Shown: piece after piece, positions 35,601-46,381 of the stretch
Position numbering within the stretch: the first letter of the stretch is position 1
How the letters are laid out: every line of letters starts with the position of its first letter
Origin: Catajapyx aquilonaris
Taxonomy: Eukaryota
DNA: 53,844 nucleotides
Direction of reading: 5' to 3'
Assembly: GCA_000934665.2 (NCBI GenBank)
Contig: KZ538686.1
Location: 1 to 53,844, forward strand
Notes under the pieces: generated by a model
Databases searched by the model: none
Told to the model about the DNA's origin: nothing
The model's input: only the letters and a program-made list of their open reading frames with translations
Translations under genes and position numbers: made by a program

Positions 35601-37934
35601 ACCAAAAGGAGCCCTGATATCCTGCATGATGTGCGTTATGTACTTTCCCGTATAAGGCCTCCCGTGGACCCACACAGTAGCCACAAGTCTCTCCTCCACA
35701 GTGAACCCACTCGTATCCGTCATCTTGCACTGTTAACATTGTTAATTTATTGTGGGTGTTGTTGGGGGTCCCCAGATGTCTCCCCTCATCAAACAGTTCC
35801 GTCAGTGTCCAGAATATGTCACACCAGCATCCCCGACACATTTTCCATGCACAGATTTGTTTTGCAGGCAAAAAAAGCCAGGTGTCCTGGGACTTTTCGC
35901 CCACCCTGTACAGTTAGGTCTGAGTGGTTCTCTGTGTTGTATCATTGCCTCAGGCCTTGTGCACCATCGTGCAGGTCAAACTACAAGCTTCTATTGACTC
36001 ATCAACAAGATGGACTTAATTAAATATTTACAACAATCTACGTAGGCTTACATTACAAAACACTAGATAATGTCACCTACTAGTTTATTAATATTTAAAA
36101 AAAAACAATAATAAATAAAATAATCGTTGCTTTCAATATGGTTGAACTAATCTGAATTTCTACTAGTGCAGCAATAACTTATGCAGTGCTTGGTCCACAA
36201 AATAACACTGCTTGCCAATAGCTACCTTAACCCTTTACGTAGGTGGAGCCTGAGAGGCTCCAACCACTATTTAAATGCATGTAACTTTTTCATTAAATAT
36301 TTTTGCCCCCTGTCCTTCTGTGACTTTGTCACAAAAACCTTCCTAAGCATGAAAAAAAGAAAAAAAGTTTTTTTAGTTGCCCTTCTCTGGCTGAAAAAAA
36401 TTCGTAACGAGGAACAGGTCCACCTGGAGCCGCTCAGGCTCCACCTACGTAGTAAAGGGTGCTGTCGTTTTCCCTATCTCCGTGGAGAGCGTCTGAATAG
36501 GGAAAACGACGGCACCCTTTACTGCGTAGGTGGAGCCTGAGAGGCTCCAGGTGGGACCTGTTCCTTGTTACGAATTTTTTTGTCGGAATATGCTGACTCA
36601 GCATGTGATTTTTACGTTTTTGGAAGCCTAATTATCTGAACTGCACTTTCTGTATGTGAAAACTGAAAAGTCCAATATAACAATTGAGCTGATAAGCAGA
36701 GATTTAAATATACCGTTGGAGCCGCTCCACCCAGGGGCGGATCCAGACTTTCGATTTGGGGGGGGGTCATGCCTTCATGTTCCTGTCGGACCGTTCTGTA
36801 CCATACTGCAGACTTGGTGGTGCTTGCGAGGTGGGGTGGGGTGCAAGAGCGCCGCAGGCGGAATTTTTTGGAGGGGGTTCAAGGTCACACGAGCTTAGGT
36901 GAATGTGGGAGATTTGAATGGGGGTGTACAGTATTTGATGAAATTGGTAGCACTTTTTCCAAAAAATCATCCTAATTTGCAGATTAAAATTTAGATAATA
37001 TTTCACTTCCCACGGTTGGGGGGGGGGGGGGGTCAGGACCCCCCCCCCCTGGATCCGCCCCTGGCTCCACCTATGTACGTGTTTCGGCCACCTACGTAGT
37101 TAAGGGTTAAAACTCAAAATTCACAAGGGTGATATATTTAGATGGAAGAATCAAGACTGGACACATCACAGAACTATATATTAATGTATTGACTAATCTG
37201 CTACCCATGTCATGATGCTGTCCAACAGATGCACTGCACCAACAGATGCACTGCACCAACAGAAACTTTTAAAAACTATTGCTTACTGCTAATGAAAGGC
37301 ATTCTAACAGGTTGCCCCATTTACTTAAGGCTGCTTCACAAACTCGGCGTTGCGAAAGCGGGGCGAAATGCCCGTTTTACAAACTCGGATTTACGCGAGC
37401 GGGGCGTGCGGAGCGCGGAAAATTTGCGAAGGGCTATTCACAAATGCTGCGTGCAATGACCGAGCGTGAGCGTTGCGCCTGGCGTCCAACCGGGTGGACT
37501 TTCTGCGTGCGATGAGCGGAATGCCCACATGCCCCGCTTTCGCAACGCCGAGTTTGTGAAGCGGCCTTTAGGCAGCACCATATTGCTAGTGCACATAATT
37601 CTCCCTGAAGGCCAAATATCCCATGCAAGTTGAGCACCTGTCAAGCCACGCAAGTGCATTTCAACACAACTCATGAATAAACCTCCATAACCAGTTCAGC
37701 CTGCAAATACTACGAAAAAAAAAAAACCCTACGACGCCAAAAATACAATCCCGCATAAAAAGAGGGTCATGGTTACCTCCGCTGCATCGCCGCGTATGTA
37801 GCCCCGACGACGAAGACAAGCAGACATATTTCCCGCCCATATGTGATCATCCTGGCGAGAGGGTCTGCTCTCTTTTTCGGTGGCTCTTCCGTACCAAGTC
37901 CAGCATCTCGTTCATCCGATACGTCATCCGACAT
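26677..37934 (-). CDS. TXNDC11: Thioredoxin domain-containing protein 11, exons 37934-37777, 32056-31846, 31781-31554, 31492-31289, 29083-28886, 28825-28744, 28467-27782, 27713-27498, 27441-27248, 27190-26677
   Basis: N-terminal TM segment (REICLLVFVVGATYAAM), first Trx domain FVMYYAPWDAES..VYFAAINCW, last Trx domain [39 protein letters not shown], helical tail ending in KDEL; in-phase GT-AG junctions. Confidence 0.92.
29155..29349. mobile_element. hAT-type MITE in a TXNDC11 intron
   Basis: CTGTGGCGGAT...ATCTGCCACTG termini with 8-bp TSD ATTACGGT. Confidence 0.8.
30444..31140. mobile_element. MITE spanning the N-gap (30444-30813), next to a mariner 3' relic (30815-31140)
   Basis: TIR GGGGTCGTCCATATACCACGTGACCG on both sides of the gap with TTA flanks; the downstream relic ends in GGAACTTACTTTCTGGATGCGCCTC, the TIR family of the 19363-20793 element. 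Confidence 0.7.
32311..32432. mobile_element. Hairpin MITE
   Basis: CCTGGTTGCACCAACAAAATTACCGGTCCGATAGCTCCTAA perfect inverted pair. Confidence 0.8.
33753..34041 (-). mobile_element. tRNA-derived SINE with poly(A) tail
   Basis: Minus strand TGGTCTAGCGG (A box) and GGTTCAAATCC (B box), A-rich tail, 13-bp TSD AATTTTTGCCATA. Confidence 0.85.
34197..34776. mobile_element. Tc1/pogo-type MITE
   Basis: TA-CAGTAAAACTTCTATA...TATAGAAGTTTTACTG-TA; internal TAACTCGAAG/TAAGTCGAA repeats. Confidence 0.75.
35331..35908. mobile_element. Mariner-type MITE with ~160-bp TIRs
   Basis: TA-CAGGGTGGGCGAAAAGTCCCAGGACACCTGGC... with a mirror copy ending CACCCTG-TA. Confidence 0.85.
36231..37106. mobile_element. 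Composite piggyBac-like TTAA element with internal duplicated termini and a nested hAT MITE (36732-37063)
   Basis: TTAA-CCCTT..ACGTAGGTGG termini; the nested CAGGGGCGGATCCAG element has 8-bp TSD GCTCCACC. Confidence 0.75.
37328..37567. mobile_element. Harbinger-like hairpin MITE
   Basis: AGGCTGCTTCACAAACTCGGCGTTGCGAAAGCGGGGC with inverted copy. Confidence 0.75.
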
Positions 37935-37939
37935 GCTGT

Positions 37940-38300
37940 GTCGGGAGCGCCATCTCTTCAAGCGTTCAAGGGCACCCACTGCAGCCTGCGGGAGGCCCAA
38001 AGAGCCGACGATACCGTTGCGTTGTCGAGCCACGCAGCTGGGTATATACCACGGGCAGTACGTCGACCAGGGGCAAGCAGTAGTTTGAAGCGCAGAGCCG
38101 CAGACGTTGCTCTCCTACTCACGGGTAACGATGCTCTGGTGGTCGTTGCCTCAACTGCCAAGCAGCCAGGAAGACCGTAGCTGCTACATGAGATTTGGCT
38201 GTGCCAATGATGTGAGATACCGCAGAGGAATGTATGGTAAGGAAGTGGTATGGTGTGGTGTGACGTAAGTTGCACATGTATGGGAAGCTGACGTGTATGC
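37940..38300. promoter_or_regulatory. Probable bidirectional promoter / first exons shared by TXNDC11 (-) and PIGQ (+)
   Basis: CpG-rich segment between head-to-head genes; plus-strand donor-like sites GGTAAGG (~38236) and GTAAGT (~38265); the PIGQ coding exon is preceded by an acceptor TTTACAG ending at 41289. Confidence 0.5.
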
Positions 38301-39225
38301 AAGCGGTTTGTAGGGCCTTCAGCCTCTCGTGTAATCAGTGATAGCGGTGATTTTGAGAGGGAACTGCTTATTTTTTAAATGGCGTTCCAGAGTTTCAATG
38401 TGTGACGTTTGGAGTTTGAAGCAATTTAGAAGAATAGATGACGGACAATACTTGATGGATAGTTTTTCTATTAATACTGTGATTATGGTAATATCTCGCA
38501 TAGCTGCATAGATAAGCCAGTTATGAATCAAGCCTGTAGTGAAGTAGAAGTAGAAATAGACAAATAGTAACAGAATATTCCTAGATGTCTCAATGGCCTG
38601 TTAAGATTATATACTTACAATGTGATTTCTCCCTCAGTCCCTTTCAAGGATGACAATTTTCTTATGTACTGTACCAAAAAATGTGACTGTCAGCAGTTCT
38701 GCTGTGTTAGGACGGAAGTCATACTTGAAGTGCGCAGTAAGGTCGAGTGTTGCTTATCTGGCTCCATTATTAGATTGATGCTGCAGAAGTACAATCCAGC
38801 CACAATTGAATTGCCCAATGGAACAAGGCCCCATGTCCGGGTTGAAATAGGGTGGACGGGGACCCTTGAGCTGTTGGGCAATTCAATATTCTCATGGAGC
38901 TTGACGAGCTCGACTTTACTGCACATTGAAGGTAAGCATGTCAAAAATACTGGGAGACAGGTTGTTGGGTGCATAATAAAACTGTTAACCTTAATGGCCC
39001 TTACAGCCATCACAGAACCTGTCTTAGATCACTCAAATTGGGAAATAAATAAGTGCTTTGGGGCACATAAAACCACATTATCACACCTATGAAGATATGT
39101 GATGCTGTTGCAATGGCTCCATTTTTCTTTACAGTTGTGATTAGCATACTAGAGCATTATGAGCTTTAAAAGTGGCAGATAGTTTTATTGTAGAGGTTCC
39201 AGCCCTCCATACCTGTTTGTACTAT

Positions 39226-39540
39226 AATAAATAATAAAAATAATAAAAATAATTGGTACCCCATGCTAGAGCCATGGGCCCTCTTAGGGGGGTGGGATAC
39301 CACCATATTTTTTATCTGGAACTCTTACTTTCGTTTTTACTTCTCTTATATGGGGATGGGATAGGGACGGAAGGAAGTGGCTGTGGCCTATAATTACGGA
39401 CACGACCCCGGAATTTTTCTGGTGAGACCACGGGAAACCACAGAAAACCATGGTCAGGGTCGGCAGCCACCGGGATTCGAACCCAGGACCTCCCGATTAG
39501 CAGTCGGATACCATATCCCCTCCGCTACCACTGCTTCGGT
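39226..39540 (-). mobile_element. tRNA-derived SINE
   Basis: B box GGTTCGAATCC on the minus strand, AT-rich repeat tail, 12-bp TSD TGTTTGTACTAT. Confidence 0.85.
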
Positions 39541-40369
39541 TGTTTGTACTATTGTTAGGTTGCCACAGGCCCCAGTCAAGGCCGGTATCACAGATTTCTC
39601 GCATACAAGGAGCCAGCTGCGCATGCCTGGTTACGAGGAAAGAGGAAAAGTTGAAACATTTTCAACTTTAACTCCCTTTTCGAGGGACAAGAGGGGCCCT
39701 GAGGCGACAAAGTCCGTCTCGACGTACAAGATTTCTCGCGTAAGAGGACTCTTATGAGAGAAACTCTTACGTGGATACCGGCTTTCACTCTCTCCCCCTT
39801 TTTGCGTAAGCTTCCCTTGATCTCCCCCACTGAGGGGGGTTGGCCACGGGTGTCGCTAGAGTCATGCACCAAGGTGGTAGTGCCTTACCTAGCAGCCAAT
39901 TCTGAACCAGTCATAGAGGCACCAACACCCCGTGCGAAATGGTTCAAAATTGGCAGCTAGGTAAGGCATCACCATCTTGGTGCATGACTCTAGCGCCGCC
40001 CGTGGCCAACCCCTCTTGGTGGGGGAGATCAGCTAACGTAAGCTTCGGGGGGGAGAAATGTATACAGTATACGAGTGACTGGGGCCTTGGTTGCCACTTC
40101 CATCCCCAAAGCATATTCATGGCCTACTAGGTTGTATTCTGCATGATTTCACAGTCTGAAATATGGTTTAGTTGCATTTAGTAGAGTAAGCCTACTTGTT
40201 TTAAGTAGGGTAAAGAGGGGCTGCTTGACTATTATGACAGACACAGACATGAAGGGAAAATGGGTCATTCAGGGTCATACTGGGGAAACACGAAGAATTT
40301 TTCATCTGATATCCCCTCACCAGCAGTGAACAGATATAACTGAAGTAACCAAGGTCAGGAGGCATTATA

Positions 40370-40715
40370 CGAGGGCGAATCAGAAAGTAATTGAAAACTT
40401 TTTAAATTCAGAAGTTTCACTAGAGAAACTGAATCTGAGCTATACATATGAAAGCACCTGGCAGGTCAGAACTTCAGCAACATCGAGGAAGTGAAAGAGG
40501 CCATCCCCCACTGGCGTCCCACCCAGTGTGATGCTTTTTTTCTGCAGGGGTATGGAAAAGCTTGTGTCCTGCTGGGACAAATGCACCAAAGTGTATGACG
40601 ACTATGTCTAAAAATAGAGGAAGACTTGCCCTTTCATATGTATATCTCAGTTTCAGTTTCTCTAGTGAAACTTATGAATTAAAAATGTTTTCTATTACTT
40701 TCTGATTCGCCCTCG
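40370..40715. mobile_element. Mariner-derived MITE
   Basis: TA-CGAGGGCGAATCAGAAAGTAAT...ATTACTTTCTGATTCGCCCTCG-TA; the core resembles a decayed transposase C-terminus. Confidence 0.8.
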
Positions 40716-41342
40716 TATGGTCACTCAACAATTAGGAAGAGTTACAAGTTTGCAGGAGTGGAGGAAGGTTGGGTGTGATGTAAGCGGACATAAGGGAGTG
40801 ACACCCAAGAGAGGTCAATGCAAAGATGTATTTAGCCCTCTTGGAGATTTGGAAAGTGAGGGGATGATATGTGCAGCCTCAAAGTGAATATGTGGAATAT
40901 TACGACATATTAACATGAATTGCAACAAAGTGATGTTGTGGAGCAATTTCTTACAAATAGACACAAGAAAGAGAACTTTGGTGTATAATACACCAAGTGT
41001 TTCAAAATTTTAGCTCACATTGTCCTGCAAGGGGAGAGTTTGTGGATGCTCACTCCTTTGAACTCATACACCCATGGGATCATACATATCATTGGAAAAC
41101 CCATTAATGAGCTTTCCGAAGATGTCGAGCTTGCAGGGGAGGGGACAAGACCAAGTGTCAGTCAATCATTTACACTTGTAAGAATGTAAAAATTAAGGTT
41201 GTACCCCAGGCCTGAGACAGCATTTGCAGATAGAATAATAGGCTATTAGTAGAAGGTGTACAAATCCCTGATAGACAAATTATTTACAGGTGATGCTGAA
41301 GGCTCCCTTGCAGTGAACTCAGTGGTATCATCTACATCAACA

Positions 41343-43241
41343 ATGACGAGTGCAATACATATTTTGGCACCAAAGAGCTTGTACAACTCATGTGGATACC
41401 TCATTGGAGAATACCAGCATTCTACAACAAATGTCAACCGAGTAACCACTCTAACATTGTTGGGCATCCACAAAAATGTCGACTCAATCCAAGCTTCATG
41501 TGAAGGGGTGCAGATTGTAGGATACATTGCAGAAGACAAGGAAGCTACATTGCCACCTGTGATTAAGGAACTTAAGAAGAAATCTGATGTGTGGATTGAA
41601 TTCCTGGGTGGTCTTTCACTTCATCAAGTATACCTTCACAATAAACGCTACCATTTTAAAGGTGTGCTTATAATAGAGTATGATATGAGGGATGTTTTGA
41701 GAGCGGAAATTTTGCGGCACAAGTATGGCACCTTGCGACAGTGTGACTTATTAAGTCCCTTGAATAGCGTGATATGGCGAATGCAGAACTGTAAAGAACC
41801 AACTTGCAACTTTTACAACTTGGTGTTTGATAAAGAGAGCCAACGGAGACCATATCCCTGGATCTGGACTATAGTCATGTGGATTTTGGTGGCTATTGAC
41901 AATGTAATGAGTGTTGGATGTAAAATTCCCAATAGCTTTCTCAAAGTCGTGATGTGCAGTGCTGTAGGGGAACAAGTTGTGTGCCGATTGAGGCAGATCT
42001 ATTGGTGCACATCAGAACTGAAGTCAAAGTCAGTGTCATGGAGAGTAAAGAACTGTATCACATCTATTCTACTTGACTTTATGGCTGGAATCATGCTCTT
42101 TTACTGCCTGAATCAAGTAGTATCCATTCAAGGCCTGTTGAATCGCTCCATCGGTGCAACTGAGGTTGTTTACATATATGGGAGTGAGCTTGACATTCAT
42201 TAATGGCTTGAAGTTACAGGTTGTTGTGGACCGTCTCCAAACCTTGATACGGTGGTTGATGGGTTATCCAGCGGGATTGAAACTTAACGCCCCCTTGAGC
42301 GAAACACTGGGTCGGTTTTTCCTGTATCATATCTACCTCTGGAAGACCTACATAGGTATCTCATGATATTTGCTTTTGAAATGCAGCTCTTTCTATGATA
42401 AACATTTCAGACACGGTCCATCCTTGGGTGTGGGCGATGCTGGAGTTGGTTCTGGCCCTTGGTTGGGGTGGCTTCACCTTTCAGCTAGCAGCTCTGCAAG
42501 ACCTGTTGTTCCTAGCAACTTTCCATGTGTACTGTTTCTATGTCTATGCAGCAAGGTACCAATATTATGAGGGGTGGGCTTGGAATCTATTATAATGCTT
42601 CCATTTTTCTGTTTTAGAATATACAACTTACAAGTACGTGCACTTTCATCCCTCTGGCGCCTCTTCCTTGGCCAGAAGTGGAATCCACTCCGAAACCGAG
42701 TTGATTCATGTCGGTACACTGTTGATGAGCTATTTATTGGTGCCTTACTCTTCACTGTTCTGCTGTTCCTTTTGCCTACGACTCTGGTTTATTACATAGT
42801 ATTTGTGTCAGTAAGTACCAACTTCTGTACATATAGGGTAATAAATGTTAAAGATTTGTTTGAACTAATTACAGCTTCGACTGGCAGTGATGACTGTGGC
42901 TGGGGTCATTAGCTGGTTCAGAATTCTCACCAGCTCGTTTCCTTGGTGGTCGATCCTCCTTTGGGTCCTGCGATCTCCTACAGTAGGAAGTAGGGATGCT
43001 ATTTAAAAAATGCACATTTCAGTATCGTAATGGCTAATACATTGCAGCTGATGTATGTGTGGCAGTCAGTGAACAGGATCAGGACGGCCAGGCACTAAGG
43101 ATACGTGCCCATGTCACAACCACTTCCTTACAAGAGACTGTTGCTGAGAGTTTGCCTACTGAGAGGCCTACTTGGAGCCATGTTGACTGGTCCATGCTAC
43201 TTGCCAACCTTGTAACTGGAGCACTGATATATCCAATGTAA
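41343..43241 (+). CDS. PIGQ: GPI-GlcNAc transferase subunit Q (GPI1), exons 41343-42164, 42220-42355, 42411-42555, 42618-42810, 42875-42989, 43048-43241
   Basis: Gpi1 motifs [71 protein letters not shown] and [18 protein letters not shown]; start codon chosen by similarity to the usual N-terminus; AATAAA at 43253-43258. Confidence 0.93.
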
Positions 43242-45705
43242 CAAGACAAAAAAATAAAACCAAGGAATTTAGACATTGGGCTCTTTTATTTCCTATTTTC
43301 AAATCACAAATTTCCAGGAAGATGTCAACTATTCAAATTTACATCAATACATATTTAAAATGCACTTTTAAGTAGACAACTCGGTTATTACGTTGAAAGT
43401 CATTGACAGTCAGGAAATATAATAATCTTTCCAGCTGCTCTTCCTTTTATACCTTGGATGTTGCTTAATTGAGGCATGATGCCTGGTTGCCAACTTACTA
43501 TCAGCCCTGGTTAGGGCTCATTGCATCAAGTCAGATACACTCAGAATCCCAGATTCTTGCATGCCAAAAACCTCTATTTGGTGCAATCTGGCATAAGGCT
43601 TATTATTACCAAACAGAGATCAGATGCATTAACCCTTTCTAACAGAATGGTTTTTGGCCATTTTGGGAGGGGCCAAAAAAAGAAAAGGATTGAAACAGCT
43701 CAAGTTGTGAATCCCATTACAAGGACCTCCCAAGCAGCAGCCTACAGGGAATTTGTTTATTTTCAATTGATTGTGCAAAGGGCATGACTCAGCTGGACAA
43801 GGATTTGGGATGTCATTTTTGTGCCAACCTTTCCAATAACCGTCTGACTTTACATTCCATTCAAGGCAGTACTACACTGTCACATTATTTGGCAATGCAG
43901 CAAGGTTAGGGGCCCATGTTGGTAGTTCGTGGATCCCACATCCAGCTGCATTCATTCAGTGTCCATAATCTGGCTTTGTGCTCACCTACCAGCCAATAAG
44001 AAGCAGGGATCTGCATTATCCAGTGATATTCCACAAAAATCAACAATTGCTTTGAAACTATACACAGTACAGTTTCACTACTTTATGGGAACTACATCTG
44101 AACAACAGTAGGGAGACATAATCTAGGCCCAAATTGTTCAGTCAAAGTTGGCAATCTTTTTAGCATTACTCCCCCAGTAGGAGCAATTTTGCACGGTGCG
44201 AAAATTGATACCCCACCAATAACAGTGACAAAAAACACCACAAAAAAACCCAAATCACTTTGTGATGGAGACCTTGGGATATGCAGCAAAAATTCCTTTA
44301 TGCTACAGGTAAGATCACCCAATTTCAAGGGGTTAGCAGATTCTGATTGTATCACAACTGTTGCAACCAGTCCTTACTTACATAATTGATGTGATGGGAA
44401 TTAGACCCTGAGAGTGGAAAAGAATATATAATTAAAATGTGACTGGGGAGGGGGAGAGGGCATTAACTAACAATGTTCACTGCCAATCATTGTACACCAT
44501 GCAACTGTTTCAATACCATTTTTACAGTATCTGTAGGATGACAGAGCATTGTGATGTAATGGTGACAAGCTTCCGAATACATTCAACCCTATTACCACCT
44601 CGGCACCCCCACCATTAATATCTCAAATTAAATACATCTTCTAACAAGCTAAATAAAACTTCTCTATTAAACTGAGGTCAATAAATTATTTCAGGTTATC
44701 ATTTAACAGAACAAAACTACACTTATTATGCTATCCATGTATCCAAATATTGTCAAAAAGTGATGTACAGATTGGAATACAAGCTTAAAAATTACTATAC
44801 AAGTACGCTCTTCAGACCAAGTGACCACAAACGTGTCAACATAGGCCGAATTGTGCACGTCACTTAACTCATCTGACATTGTACCCCTGTATTATGCTAA
44901 TACACAGTGACATGCAGTGAGGCATATCCTAGGCACGTCAGTAGAGGTGCACACCTCACACACAACATGAACTATATGTCAAAAAAGTTTCGGCCAAGGG
45001 TATCCGGGTGCTACACAACCATCAGACCTTCAGCTGGTGAAAGTTAGGAAAACCCTTCACCTTGAATAAGTGCTCATGGTTGCATGAATGAGAGAATGAA
45101 TAATTTTATTTGACCTGAAGTGCTGATGTCTGTATAGCACCATGTTTGGGAAAAACTTTTTTTTAAAACATATAGTACCATCTGCCTGGGAATTGAATCA
45201 CCTGCATCACTATATGGAATTGTATGCCACATTTGCACACTGTATGACTTCCAAATTCATGTTGTGTTAGTAAAACAGCCTCAGAGTCACATTGAATGAA
45301 AATTAATCTCGACAACCCATCTAAGACTATGGTGCTTCAAGAAATCCATTGGAATGGCAGGGAGCAGAGCACGTTATTAATTCAGTAAGTTACTTTCAGC
45401 ACCATTTCCTGTCTCTCCCCCCCTTTTGTAAACAACATAACCAAAATTGCCTTGTTGATGCACTTCCATGTTACAACCCAGTCTCGTCATATAGGCCTAC
45501 ATGTAATACTATAATTATTGTATTATGCTCGTATTATGCATGTCAGTATCACACATTTTAACCCATTTACACCTCGTGAGGTTTTCGTGCTTGCAGCACT
45601 TGTTATCTAGTAGGGAGAAATCTGGCTAGATACGATGACAGAGTGAACACAGTGCCAACAATAACAGCAGCTTCACTGACCACCAGGTTAACTTGTGATT
45701 TGAAT

Positions 45706-45995
45706 GTACAGTGCTGGACATGAATTCCGTCTCACTGCTACCGACATTTGCCGCGGTGGCCGAAGAGCACATCGAAGAAGTGCGAGCCTTGAGAGTAAGA
45801 AGTGATAGACCCTGCTGGTGATGTCATCGGCTGCATTCAATAGTTCAAAACATGTTGGGAGGGAGTGGGTGACATCACTAGCAGGGTCTATCCTGTCTTA
45901 CTCCCAAGGGTCGCACTTGATCACTTCGATGTACTCTTCTGCTGCAGCGTTAAATGCCGCTAGCAGTGAGATGGAATTAATGTCGAGCACTGTAC
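45706..45995. mobile_element. Hairpin MITE in the probable nudE 3' UTR
   Basis: GTACAGTGCTGGACATGAATTCCGTCTCACTGCTA...TAGCAGTGAGATGGAATTAATGTCGAGCACTGTAC; the arms pair over most of the element. Confidence 0.75.
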
Positions 45996-46381
45996 CTGTT
46001 TATATGGCCCATTGAAATCCACAGATTAATGTGAGCAACTGCTCAAATCTCAGCATCCCAAATCAAAATTATTTAGCAGGGACATACAGAATTATGCAAA
46101 CAGATCACATCATTTACAAAATGTCACATGACACAGTTACATCACAAAAAAGTGTCTGGCCATCATCAGCTGCTGAATGATTTTGTTTCCCCCTGCTTTG
46201 TAACTAGGCGCATTTGCATGACATTGAGAGATCAAGGCTTCCCACAACACTACAAGCGAAATTAACCGGTAATAAATAATAGCCACGCAACCCAGTAAAG
46301 ATGCGCTGGGATGGACCAGTATTGTTCTACATTCCAGTTTTGTCGTGCACTTTTACAACTGGCAGTTGGGCCTTTGGTCTC

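Noticed and set aside
37222..37263. 17-bp direct repeat CCAACAGATGCACTGCA, about 2.5 copies
   Set aside because: Simple tandem duplication with no spacers; not CRISPR-like.
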